The position numbers and the translations under genes were made by a program. From Chitinophaga pinensis (lineage in GTDB: Bacteria; Bacteroidota; Bacteroidia; 2-12-FULL-35-15), in NCBI GenBank assembly GCA_945885475.1, contig CAMCYR010000002.1, positions 37,633 to 101,632 of the forward strand: a DNA stretch of 64,000 nt. The letters run 5' to 3'. Positions 29,334 to 38,634 of this stretch are shown in pieces (position 1 is the first letter of the stretch; each line of letters opens with the position of its first letter). The notes below the pieces were generated by a model, which was not told where the DNA came from, did no database searches, and was given only the letters and a program-made list of their open reading frames with translations.

Positions 29334-30701
29334 ATGAAAGCATTAATATTACTTTCTTCATTAGGTGTAATTGCATTATTGGCTGAGATCTTCAGCTTTA
29401 AAAAACTCTTGTATCCTATCGTGTTGCTTGGTTTAATTACCACATTCGTATTAAATATGTTTGATTGGGATACCAACAAGTTGTATTTTAAGATGATGCA
29501 GTTTGATAACTATGCCGTAGCATTTACTGCAGTTATTTTAGTTGTTGCTTTTCTGTGGTTCATAATGGCGGAAGGATTTTTTAAAGAAGAATCCAACTTA
29601 ACCGATCATTTTGCTTTAGTGCTATTTGCATTGGTGGGTGCGGTAATGATGGTTTCCTATACAAATATGGCTATGTTATTTTTGGGAATCGAGATTTTGT
29701 CCATTCCAATGTACATTTTAGCAGGAAGTAATAAAACGGATGTCTCCTCCAACGAAGCGGCATTCAAATATTTAATAATGGGTGCTTTCGCTACCGGTTT
29801 TTTATTGTTTGGTATCGCATTGGTATACGGAGCAACCGGCTCATTTGATCTTTCCGAGATCGCTGCAGCCGTTTCCGGTGGAACTGCTTTATCTTCCATT
29901 TTTTATGTTGGTGTGTTGTTGATGTTAGTCGGAATGGCATTCAAAGTTTCTGCTGCTCCTTTTCACTTTTGGGCTCCGGATGTTTATCAGGGTGCACCAA
30001 CTGTTGTTACTGCATTTATGGCAACCATTGTTAAAACAGCAGCATTCGCAGCATTTTTAAGATTGTTCTCTACTACATTTAGTGGTGTTAGCGAAACGTG
30101 GATGCAAACTGTTTGGGTGATGGCTGCTTTAACATTACTGGTAGGTAATATTACTGCAGTAATGCAAACCAGCACAAAACGAATGTTAGCGTATTCAAGT
30201 GTTGCACATGCAGGTTACATGTTATTGGCCTTATTAGCTGCTAACAATTACTCGAACAGTGCTATTTTGTATTACGCATCAGCGTATTCTATTGGCTCAA
30301 TTGCAACATTTGCAATCGTAAATATTATTTCAGATGCTAAAAATTCGGATGGTGTGGATGCTTTCAACGGTTTGTCAAAAACAAATCCGATGCTTGCAAT
30401 TGTCATGACCATCGCGCTGTTATCATTGGCTGGTATTCCGCCTACAGCTGGTTTTTTCGCTAAGTATTTTATATTTACTTCTGCGTTCATGGCAGGGAAT
30501 ATAGGACTAGTGCTGATCGCGATCATCGCTTCTTTAATCGGAGTTTATTACTATTTCCGCCTGATCATTGCAATGTATTTCAAAGAAAGTGACGGACAAA
30601 CAATTGCTGTTGAATCCAATCACAAAATAGTATTGGTCATTATCGCAATTGCTATCGTTGCTTTAGGTCTCTTTCCGGATTATATTATCGGTTTGTTGTA
30701 A
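29334..30701 (+). CDS. nuoN: NADH-quinone oxidoreductase subunit N
   Basis: An antiporter-like subunit with ...FHFWAPDVYQGAP... and AYSSVAHAGY. Confidence 0.95.
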   Translation: MKALILLSSLGVIALLAEIFSFKKLLYPIVLLGLITTFVLNMFDWDTNKLYFKMMQFDNYAVAFTAVILVVAFLWFIMAEGFFKEESNLTDHFALVLFALVGAVMMVSYTNMAMLFLGIEILSIPMYILAGSNKTDVSSNEAAFKYLIMGAFATGFLLFGIALVYGATGSFDLSEIAAAVSGGTALSSIFYVGVLLMLVGMAFKVSAAPFHFWAPDVYQGAPTVVTAFMATIVKTAAFAAFLRLFSTTFSGVSETWMQTVWVMAALTLLVGNITAVMQTSTKRMLAYSSVAHAGYMLLALLAANNYSNSAILYYASAYSIGSIATFAIVNIISDAKNSDGVDAFNGLSKTNPMLAIVMTIALLSLAGIPPTAGFFAKYFIFTSAFMAGNIGLVLIAIIASLIGVYYYFRLIIAMYFKESDGQTIAVESNHKIVLVIIAIAIVALGLFPDYIIGLL

Positions 30702-30832
30702 AACAAGAAGTGTTTTCGATACGCTCCAATTCTTCCGCTAATTGAACTTACAAATACAAGGGCACTGCGAGTAATTCCGATAAAAGGAGGAGTGTATCGA
30801 GAAGTGCTTGTATCAAGAACCGATTTCAAATG

Positions 30833-30866
30833 AAAGCTTCTCAATCTGAGAAGCTTTTTTTATTTT
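30833..30866 (+). terminator. Rho-independent terminator ending the nuo operon
   Basis: AGCTTCTCA-atc-TGAGAAGCT hairpin followed by TTTTTTTATTTT. Confidence 0.75.
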
Positions 30867-30948
30867 ACAAAGTGTATATTTGTTTTAAATAAATTCCTCA
30901 GCGTCCTCTGCGAAATATCTTTGCGACCTCTGCGGTAAAAAACAAACT

Positions 30949-32196
30949 ATGAAATTTAAAAAACCATCGCTCATTGTTCAGATATTTTCAGGAATGCTCC
31001 TGGGAATCATTGTTGGATATTTCTGGAAAGACTTCGCACCAAGTTTGCACATTCTGAGCGATATTTTTATGCGCTTCATCAAAATGATCATTGCTCCACT
31101 GGTATTCTCCGTATTAGTGGTTGGTGTTGCCAAGGTGGGCGACTTTAAATCTGTAGGACGAATAGGAATAAAGACACTTTTGTATTTTACAACAGCTGCA
31201 ATTATTTCATTATTATTGGGATTAATGCTGGTGAATGTTTTTGCTCCCGGTAAAAAAATGCATCTGGAATTGCCCCCGGTTGATGCTGAAGTAGGTGTTC
31301 AGGTAGCGAAAGAATTTGACACAAAAAATTTTATCAATCACATTATCCCTGAAAGTATTGTGGATGTGATGGCTAAAAACGAAATATTACCCATCGTTAT
31401 TTTTGCTTTGTTTTTTGGTATTGCTGCGGCATCTGTTGGTAGCAAAGGAAAAGTGGTGGTCGATTTTTTCGATTCTATTTCTCACATCATGTTTAAGGTT
31501 ACTAATTATGTAATGTCTTTTGCTCCCTTTGGCGTGTTTGGTGCTTTAGCTGCAGTGGTCGCAAAGCAAGGACTGGGCGTTCTCACGGGTTATCTCTACC
31601 TGATCGGAACATTCTATCTCGGATTATTTTTGTTTGTTTTCGGGGTGTTATTTCTGATTTGTTTTTTCATGAAAATAAATTTTTTCAAACTGCTGAACTA
31701 CATCAAAGAACCAATTTTGCTGGCTTTTAGTACGGCAAGTTCAGAAGCGGCAATGCCAAAAACAATTGAGTCGCTCGAACGATTTGGTTGCGGTAACCGG
31801 ATTGTAAGCTTTGTTTTGCCACTTGGGTATTCTTTTAACCTTGATGGTTCTATGATGTACATGACTTTTGCTACCGTATTTATTGCTCAGGCTTACGGTA
31901 TAGAAATGTCTGTTGGTCAGCAGATCACGATGTTGTTGATTTTGTTAATTACCAGTAAAGGGGTAGCGGGAATACCTCGTGCCTCACTTGTTGTTATTGC
32001 AGGAATGCTTGCTCACTTTAATATTCCTGTTGCAGGATTGCTGTTATTGTTGGGCATCGATCAGATTTTAGATATGGGACGCTCCGCAACCAATGTAGTA
32101 GGGAATGCTGTTGCAACAGTCGTCATCTCCAAATGGGAAGGGGAGCTCCATGAGCATAAGGTCAATCCCGACATTGATAAAGTAAAATTGGATTAA
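30949..32196 (+). CDS. Dicarboxylate/amino acid:cation symporter (DAACS family, GltP/DctA-like)
   Basis: It is 415 aa with multiple transmembrane segments and carries conserved DAACS motifs (…PLGYSFNLDGS…, …IDQILDMGRSATNVVGNAVA…). Confidence 0.85.
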   Translation: MKFKKPSLIVQIFSGMLLGIIVGYFWKDFAPSLHILSDIFMRFIKMIIAPLVFSVLVVGVAKVGDFKSVGRIGIKTLLYFTTAAIISLLLGLMLVNVFAPGKKMHLELPPVDAEVGVQVAKEFDTKNFINHIIPESIVDVMAKNEILPIVIFALFFGIAAASVGSKGKVVVDFFDSISHIMFKVTNYVMSFAPFGVFGALAAVVAKQGLGVLTGYLYLIGTFYLGLFLFVFGVLFLICFFMKINFFKLLNYIKEPILLAFSTASSEAAMPKTIESLERFGCGNRIVSFVLPLGYSFNLDGSMMYMTFATVFIAQAYGIEMSVGQQITMLLILLITSKGVAGIPRASLVVIAGMLAHFNIPVAGLLLLLGIDQILDMGRSATNVVGNAVATVVISKWEGELHEHKVNPDIDKVKLD

Positions 32197-32256
32197 TTTT
32201 AGTAAAATAATTTCATACAAAAGTCGAAACATTAATTTGACGTCACCCTGAGCCCT

Positions 32257-32362
32257 GTCAGTTCGAGCGGAGTCGATTGTCAGTTCGAGCGGAGTCGAGA
32301 ACAAGATTAATAATAGTAAAGAAAAATGCTTGTCGCCAGTCACTTCGAGCGGAGTCGAGAAG
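32257..32362. repeat. Three tandem units of the CGAGCGGAGTCGAG (REP-like) family
   Basis: tGTCAGTTCGAGCGGAGTCGAttg, GTCAGTTCGAGCGGAGTCGAGAAc and GTCACTTCGAGCGGAGTCGAGAAg. Confidence 0.6.
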
Positions 32363-33009
32363 CAAAGGGCTTAATTCATAGCACAGTGATAGAATTCCTA
32401 AAACAACTTACCGATCCCCATTCCATCATACAATTTGGTGGAATCGCCCTTTTGCTTTTTGTGATATTTGCTGAAACGGGTTTGTTGGTCGGTTTTTTCC
32501 TTCCCGGTGATTCACTTGTTTTTATTTCAGGAATGGTCTGTGTTTCAAAGCCGGAGCTTCTTGGAGTAAATCTTCCCGTTTTGATCTTGTCATTGTCGGT
32601 AGCAGCTATCGTTGGAAATGTTGCCGGTTATTGGTTCGGCAAAAAGGTTGGTACTCCCTTGTTTCAACGAACAGATTCTTTTATCTTTAAAAAGCGATAC
32701 TTGGAAGTTACCCGAAGATTTTATGCTAAAAATGGGGGCAAAACACTCATTATTGGGAGGTTTTTGCCCATCATACGCACTTTTGCACCCATTCTTGCCG
32801 GAGTTATCAACGTTGATTTTAAAAAATTTATGGTGTACAATATCATTGGAGCCTTCGCTTGGATCGGCTCCCTGTGTAGCATCGGATATTTCCTTGGAAC
32901 GCATAAATGGGTCCAGGAAAATATTGGCGCCATTGTGATCGGACTAATTATTATCACTGCCATTCCTGTGCTTACCACCTTCCTTCAAGAAAGAAAAAAT
33001 AAACAATGA
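32326..33009 (+). CDS. DedA family (VTT/SNARE-associated domain) membrane protein
   Basis: GFFLPGDSL and ...IGRFLPIIRTFAP... are the motifs. The first 20 codons of the tracked ORF are translated REP repeat sequence. The true start is probably the GTG at 32386, by alignment with the paralog at 33014. Confidence 0.8.
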   Translation: MLVASHFERSREAKGLIHSTVIEFLKQLTDPHSIIQFGGIALLLFVIFAETGLLVGFFLPGDSLVFISGMVCVSKPELLGVNLPVLILSLSVAAIVGNVAGYWFGKKVGTPLFQRTDSFIFKKRYLEVTRRFYAKNGGKTLIIGRFLPIIRTFAPILAGVINVDFKKFMVYNIIGAFAWIGSLCSIGYFLGTHKWVQENIGAIVIGLIIITAIPVLTTFLQERKNKQ

Positions 33010-33013
33010 TTTT

Positions 33014-33688
33014 TTGTCTTGTATTTCATCAGTAGATTATTGTAATTTTGCGGCCCGAATGGAAGTAGTACAATTTATCAGGAATTTTAGTGATGCCCAG
33101 TATATCATTAATTGGGGTAGTCTGGCTTTCTTAGTCTTTATCGTTTTTGCAGAATGTTCTTTTCTTGCAGGGTTTTTCCTGCCGGGAAACTCCCTCCTCT
33201 TTATGGCAGGGATTCTTTGTTATTCCAAGCCCCATATATTGGGAGTCAATCTTCCTATATTGATTGTTTTGCTGTCCATCGCTGCCGTGGTTGGCTATTA
33301 CATAGGTTATTGGTTCGGTTTTAAAACCATGGGTCCACGATGCATGAAACCGGATACGAAGATCTTTATCTTCAAAAAATGGTGGATCGACCGCACGGTC
33401 AATCTCTATGACCAACATGGTGGAAAGATATTAATAGTAGGGCGTTTCTTGCCTTTAATACGCAATTTTGCACCTGTCATTGGAGGCATGATTCAGATGA
33501 ATTATAAAAAATACATGATCTATAATGTTATCGGAGCGGTAATATGGGTAGGATCTTTGGCTGGAATAGGTTACTTTTTGGGCTCCAACGAATGGGTTTT
33601 TAGGAATATCGGGTATATTATTATCTGCTTGATAATCATAACGGTAGCCTTTCTTTTCATAAAAACAAAGGCCGTAGATAAGGGGTAA
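33014..33688 (+). CDS. DedA family membrane protein, tandem paralog
   Basis: GFFLPGNSLLF and ...VGRFLPLIRNFAP... are the motifs. Confidence 0.85.
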   Translation: MSCISSVDYCNFAARMEVVQFIRNFSDAQYIINWGSLAFLVFIVFAECSFLAGFFLPGNSLLFMAGILCYSKPHILGVNLPILIVLLSIAAVVGYYIGYWFGFKTMGPRCMKPDTKIFIFKKWWIDRTVNLYDQHGGKILIVGRFLPLIRNFAPVIGGMIQMNYKKYMIYNVIGAVIWVGSLAGIGYFLGSNEWVFRNIGYIIICLIIITVAFLFIKTKAVDKG

Positions 33689-34040
33689 TTCTGCATTGCC
33701 ATTTAATGCCAGGAACCGCCTGTTATTGCTAAAAACCAACCGCTCAATAAAGTAGAGGCACAGACAACAATTTTTTGTGGTAATTCGTGTTAAAGAAACA
33801 CCTGTTTATCAAAAGTTATGTTTAATCATACAGCCCCAATCCTTTAAATAATAACGAAGATATGGCATATTGCAGCGAGCATAAAAAAAAACAATTACTT
33901 CACATAAAAAATTTTTACTTTCAAAATAGATTTAGTATGTTTGGAGCCTTGTTAAAGAAAATAGTGGGAAAAGCGTTCTGTTTTCAAAAATTTGTATATA
34001 TTAAAAACTAAATAATAAAATAAACCAAAATCAAATCAAT

Positions 34041-34838
34041 ATGAGTAATACAAAATCAACATCAGGCGGGTTTAACTTTATGACCGCACTTTTAGCAATC
34101 GTAGTATGTTTAGTAATCGGGTGGTTAATTTATTCATTTATTCTGGGTGCGCCAGCAAACTTTGATGCTGAAGGTCATCCAAAAGAAGGAAATATGTTAG
34201 GAATGATGTATTCAGGTGGATTCATTGTACCTATCTTAATGGCAATTTTTATGATTATTGTTACTTTTTCTGTTGAGCGTTTATTTACAATTGCAAAAGC
34301 AAAAGGGACTGGTAAAGCAGATGTGTTTTTACGCAACATCAAATCACTTTTGGCAAGCAACCAATTCGAAGATGCAATTGCTGCTTGTGATAAACAACAA
34401 GGCTCTTTAGCAAATGTTGTTCGCTCTGGAATTGAAAAACTTCAAACCGTACAAAACGATTCTTCTATGAACAGCGAAGAGAAAATCGAAGCAGTTCAAA
34501 AAGAATTGGAAGAAGCAACTTCTTTGGAATTACCAATGCTTTCTAAAAACTTATCAATCATCACTACTTGTGCAACCATTGCAACACTTTGGGGTTTGAT
34601 CGGAACCGTTTTGGGTATGATTCGTTCATTTGCTGCGATGTCTGCTGCAGGTTCTCCTGATACAGCTGCCCTTGCAACAGGTATCTCTGAGGCACTTATC
34701 AATACAGCATTAGGGATCAGTGGATCAGTTGTTGGGATTATCATGTACAACTATTTTAGTACTCGTGTTGATACTATCACGCACAGTATGGATGAGGCTG
34801 GTTACAGTTTATTGCACACATTAAAACTTTCTAAATAG
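34041..34838 (+). CDS. exbB: MotA/TolQ/ExbB family proton-channel protein
   Basis: It has three transmembrane segments and the conserved C-terminal ...TGISEALINTALGI... motif. It is the first gene of the exbB-exbD-exbD-tonB cluster. Confidence 0.85.
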   Translation: MSNTKSTSGGFNFMTALLAIVVCLVIGWLIYSFILGAPANFDAEGHPKEGNMLGMMYSGGFIVPILMAIFMIIVTFSVERLFTIAKAKGTGKADVFLRNIKSLLASNQFEDAIAACDKQQGSLANVVRSGIEKLQTVQNDSSMNSEEKIEAVQKELEEATSLELPMLSKNLSIITTCATIATLWGLIGTVLGMIRSFAAMSAAGSPDTAALATGISEALINTALGISGSVVGIIMYNYFSTRVDTITHSMDEAGYSLLHTLKLSK

Positions 34839-34879
34839 TTTTAGGATCTATTACTAATATAAATAATAAATAAACAGAT

Positions 34880-35545
34880 ATGGCTGAAGTACAATCATCT
34901 AAAGGTAGCCCTTCATTGGACATGACTCCAATGGTAGATTTGGCTTTCCTTTTGGTTACCTTCTTTATGCTTACTGCTACTTCAAGAGTGACCGAGCCGG
35001 TTGTGGTTGACACGCCTTCGTCGACGGCAGATAAATTACTTCCTAAAAATGTAATTTTAATCTCTATCGATGATAAAGGAAAACCCTTCTACAACATCAA
35101 CAATTCAGAGGTTCGTAAAAAAACCTTGCAGAAAATGGGTCAACAATACCAGATCACTTTTACTGAAAAAGAATTACAGACGTTTGGTGGAATGACAAGT
35201 ATTGGTGTGCCAATGGCAAAATTGAAGGAGTATATCAATATGGAAGATGCCCAACGCGTGGCTAAACCCTCTCCTGGTATTCCTCACGATTCGCTTCATA
35301 ACGAATTGGGCGATTGGATACAATTCGGTAGAATTGAAGCAGCAAAGCAAGCAAAAACAGAGGAGGAGAGAGCAGAAAAATTAGGGCGTGAATTTAAATA
35401 CGAACCACTTCGTTATGCGATTAAAGCTGATGGACAATCAAATTATATTGCTGTAAAAGAGATCATCAAAGTGTTTACCGATATTGATATTTATCGTTTT
35501 AACTTGATCACAGATCTTGAACAAGGACCTGTTGTAGCAAAATAA
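34880..35545 (+). CDS. exbD: ExbD/TolR family biopolymer transport protein
   Basis: DMTPMVDLAFLLVTFFMLT. Confidence 0.85.
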   Translation: MAEVQSSKGSPSLDMTPMVDLAFLLVTFFMLTATSRVTEPVVVDTPSSTADKLLPKNVILISIDDKGKPFYNINNSEVRKKTLQKMGQQYQITFTEKELQTFGGMTSIGVPMAKLKEYINMEDAQRVAKPSPGIPHDSLHNELGDWIQFGRIEAAKQAKTEEERAEKLGREFKYEPLRYAIKADGQSNYIAVKEIIKVFTDIDIYRFNLITDLEQGPVVAK

Positions 35546-35622
35546 AAAATAATTGTGGAATACGATAAGGTAATGCACCTATAAAGTAATTCCAAGATTA
35601 TAAACATTTAAATAGTATAAAA

Positions 35623-36255
35623 ATGGCAGAAGTAAATACTGATGGTGGCGGCGGTGGAAAGCACGAAAAGAAACGCGCCAAAAAATCATCGACACGAATA
35701 GATATGACGCCAATGGTAGATTTGGCGTTCTTGCTCCTTACGTTTTTCGTATTAACATCTACTTTTGCGAAACCTAAAACAATGGAGATCAATTATCCCG
35801 CAAAACCCGAGGATGATAAAGATCAAATAAAAGTAAACAATGCATTGACCTTTATTCTTTCTAAAGAAAACGCTGTCTTTTATTATTATGGTGAGTTTTA
35901 TCCTGCCGGAAACGAAAAAGGAATGGCTCCGACTACCCTAACAAAAACAGATTTTTCGGATGAAGGTTTGCATAAATTACTTTTAGACAGAAACAAACCT
36001 ACAACAGTTGCTATTGACGCATTGACAGAAAAGTTGAAACGAAAAGAAATTGTTGACACCACCTACAAGCGCTTAGTGAACAGAGAAAAAGGTTCAAAAG
36101 AGGCCTTAACTGTGCTTATTAAAGCAGATGACCAAGCAGTATACAAAAACGTGATTGACGTAATTGACGAACTGAACATTTGCAACATTGGTAAATACGC
36201 GGTTGTGGATATGGGTGCAAAAGAAAACGAATTACTAAAAGCAACGTCTAAATAA
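35623..36255 (+). CDS. exbD: ExbD/TolR family protein, second paralog
   Basis: DMTPMVDLAFLLLTFFVLT. Confidence 0.85.
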   Translation: MAEVNTDGGGGGKHEKKRAKKSSTRIDMTPMVDLAFLLLTFFVLTSTFAKPKTMEINYPAKPEDDKDQIKVNNALTFILSKENAVFYYYGEFYPAGNEKGMAPTTLTKTDFSDEGLHKLLLDRNKPTTVAIDALTEKLKRKEIVDTTYKRLVNREKGSKEALTVLIKADDQAVYKNVIDVIDELNICNIGKYAVVDMGAKENELLKATSK

Positions 36256-36262
36256 TACGAAG

Positions 36263-37078
36263 ATGGCAGAATCATTATTTAATAATTGGAACAGTGTTGT
36301 CTCTCCTGTGCGTAACGATATTGTTTTCGAAGATCGGAATAAGACCTATGGAGCTTATGATCTTCGTAAAAATCACAATCGGAGTGTAACATTTGCATTG
36401 TTGATCACGGGTGCTTCATTTGTGTTCGCTGTCAGCTTACCTGCAATTATCGATTGGATCAAAAATGTAACGGAAGAAGTGGAAGTGCCTGTAGATATTA
36501 CTCCTGTAGATCTTACTGCTCCTCCTCCCTTGGACGAAACAGAACCACCACCGCCACCACCACCACCACCACCGGTAATGGAAACGGTAAAATTTACGCC
36601 TCCTGTAGTTACGGATGAAGAAGTAATTGATGAGCCACCTCCTGTTCAAACAGAGGAAACGCCACAAATTAGTACTGTTACACAAGAAGGTACTGGCGAT
36701 AACGAGATTATTATTCCTGACGAAGGTACAGGTCAGGTTGTTGAAGCAGTTATTGAAGCGCCATTGACAATTGTTGAGCAGATGCCTTCATTCCCGGGTG
36801 GTGAATCTGAAATGATGAAATACATTCAAAAAAATGTATCCTACCCACAAATGGAAAAGGAAGGTCAGATTCAAGGAACGTGCTACGTGACTTTTGTTGT
36901 TGAAAAGGATGGAAGTATCACTGATGTGAAAGTATTAAGAGGTGTATCAGGCGGAAAAGGTTGCGACAAAGAAGCGATGCGCGTTGTAAAATCAATGCCT
37001 AACTGGAAAGCCGGTAAACAAAACGGTCGTGAGGTTCGTGTTCAGTTCAATTTACCGATCAAGTTCACATTGCGATAG
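36263..37078 (+). CDS. tonB: Energy transducer TonB
   Basis: An N-terminal transmembrane segment is followed by a proline-rich spacer, PPPLDETEPPPPPPPPPP. The C-terminal TonB domain reads ...GTCYVTFVVEKDGSITDVKVLRG... Confidence 0.9.
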   Translation: MAESLFNNWNSVVSPVRNDIVFEDRNKTYGAYDLRKNHNRSVTFALLITGASFVFAVSLPAIIDWIKNVTEEVEVPVDITPVDLTAPPPLDETEPPPPPPPPPPVMETVKFTPPVVTDEEVIDEPPPVQTEETPQISTVTQEGTGDNEIIIPDEGTGQVVEAVIEAPLTIVEQMPSFPGGESEMMKYIQKNVSYPQMEKEGQIQGTCYVTFVVEKDGSITDVKVLRGVSGGKGCDKEAMRVVKSMPNWKAGKQNGREVRVQFNLPIKFTLR

Positions 37079-37138
37079 TGCTCACGTTTATAAACGGGTA
37101 TTAACATAAAATATATCTTTAACAGTAATTCTTTTTCC

Positions 37139-37342
37139 GTGGATAAAATACGCTATTATTCAAACTTTTTAATGATAGCGGTTTATCTGGGATTGGGATT
37201 ACTGTTTTTTTTTACTGACATCGCTTCCAATACATTTCCTACTTACAGAAAAGAATTGGGAGTTACAATGTTGGTTTATTCAATCGTCAGATCAGGTTTA
37301 ATGATCAGAAAATACAGAAAAGAGCGGGAAGATGAGCGTTAA
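37139..37342 (+). CDS. Small two-TM membrane protein, hypothetical
   Basis: It is 67 aa and paralogous to the next ORF. The shared motif is L.IA.YL..G.LF.FTD. Confidence 0.45.
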   Translation: MDKIRYYSNFLMIAVYLGLGLLFFFTDIASNTFPTYRKELGVTMLVYSIVRSGLMIRKYRKEREDER

Positions 37343-37601
37343 GATAAAGATCAAACATTCATGGAATAAACTAAGGTTCTACCTTAGTTTTTTGCTTTTG
37401 GCATTTTATCTGACCATTGGTTTTTTGTTTCTGTTTACCGATACCTGGATTGATCTTTTGCCCCAGGGAAGAAGTAGTATCGGAATTGTTTTAATTTTAT
37501 TCGGCACTTTGCGTTTTTACATTGCTTATCGTAGATACATCAATAAGTTATTGCGAATTAAATCGTCTGTTAAAGAAAAAGAAACAGCGCAGGTCGAATA
37601 G
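37332..37601 (+). CDS. Small two-TM membrane protein, hypothetical, paralog of 37139
   Basis: 89 aa with the same fold signature. Its start overlaps the stop of the upstream ORF. Confidence 0.45.
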   Translation: MSVKIKIKHSWNKLRFYLSFLLLAFYLTIGFLFLFTDTWIDLLPQGRSSIGIVLILFGTLRFYIAYRRYINKLLRIKSSVKEKETAQVE

Positions 37602-37617
37602 AAAAATAAAAATACGC

Positions 37618-38553
37618 ATGAAAAAGATAGTTTTTGGAATTGTTGTTCTTGCATCAACCTTGCTAGTTGCTTGTTCTGGAGGATCTGATGCCCCGAAACC
37701 AACAGATACCCCCACTTCTGGTGAGGTCAATATTTCTGTAGATGAATCGTTTCAAAAATTGTTTGACAATCAGATTTATACGTTCGAGGCAATTTACAAA
37801 AATGCAAAAGTGCATGTGAATTACATTCCCGAAAACGAAGCACTTACCAGCCTCATAAACGATTCTTGCAAAGTAGTTGTGATGTGCCGCGACCTTACTG
37901 CAACTGAGCGCAAATCATTTGAAGCTAAAAACATATTCCCGATCTCTACCAAAATTGCTGAGGATGCAATTGTATTGCTTGTTCATCCTGAAAACATGGA
38001 TACCGTATTAACAGTTGAACAAGTGAAAGCGATCTTGCTTGGCAACGATTCACTTTGGAAACAAGTAAACAATAAATCACTATTAGATGGAGTGAATGTC
38101 GTTTTTGATAATGCAGGTTCTGCAAATGCCCGTTACATGAAAGACACGCTTCTTCAGGGGAAGAATTTTGCGACGAATGTGTTTGCTGTTAAATCTAACC
38201 CGGAAGTTATCGAGTATGTTAGCACACATAAAAATGCATTGGGCATTTTAAGTGTTAACTGGATCAGCGATATCGACGACTCTCTTACAACCAATACGCT
38301 TAAAAAAGTGAAGGTTGTGGCTATTGCCAAAGACATCACATCAAAGCCGTTTAAGGCTTATCAGGCGTACATAAAAACCAAAGAATACCCTTTTACAAGA
38401 GATGTGTTTATGATCAACAGACAAACGCGTGCAGGACTTGGTATGGGATTTGTATCCTTTGTGGCTGGAGATAAAGGACAACTCATGATATTAAAAGCAG
38501 GATTGATCCCGGCTATCGCTCCAGTAAGATTGGTACAAGTAAATATTGAATAA
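37618..38553 (+). CDS. PstS-like phosphate-binding lipoprotein (PBP superfamily), as often found downstream of tonB in Bacteroidota
   Basis: The lipobox is MKKIVFGIVVLASTLLVACSG. The fold is a periplasmic binding protein. The longer tracked ORF from 37522 lacks a signal peptide. Confidence 0.75.
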   Translation: MKKIVFGIVVLASTLLVACSGGSDAPKPTDTPTSGEVNISVDESFQKLFDNQIYTFEAIYKNAKVHVNYIPENEALTSLINDSCKVVVMCRDLTATERKSFEAKNIFPISTKIAEDAIVLLVHPENMDTVLTVEQVKAILLGNDSLWKQVNNKSLLDGVNVVFDNAGSANARYMKDTLLQGKNFATNVFAVKSNPEVIEYVSTHKNALGILSVNWISDIDDSLTTNTLKKVKVVAIAKDITSKPFKAYQAYIKTKEYPFTRDVFMINRQTRAGLGMGFVSFVAGDKGQLMILKAGLIPAIAPVRLVQVNIE

Positions 38554-38634
38554 ATTAAATTATGAAACAACCATATCCTCTAATTTTAAAAACAGGATAA
38601 TATTTGGTTGTTCCATCTCACAAAAATAAAGAAT

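Noticed and set aside
36437-36685. W/R-rich 82-aa ORF antisense to tonB
   Set aside because: It is the reverse-frame reading of the poly-proline (CCA/CCG) spacer of TonB.
37522-37617. N-terminal extension of the PstS-like ORF
   Set aside because: The extension lacks a signal peptide and overlaps the upstream minigene. The lipoprotein signal begins at the internal Met at 37618.
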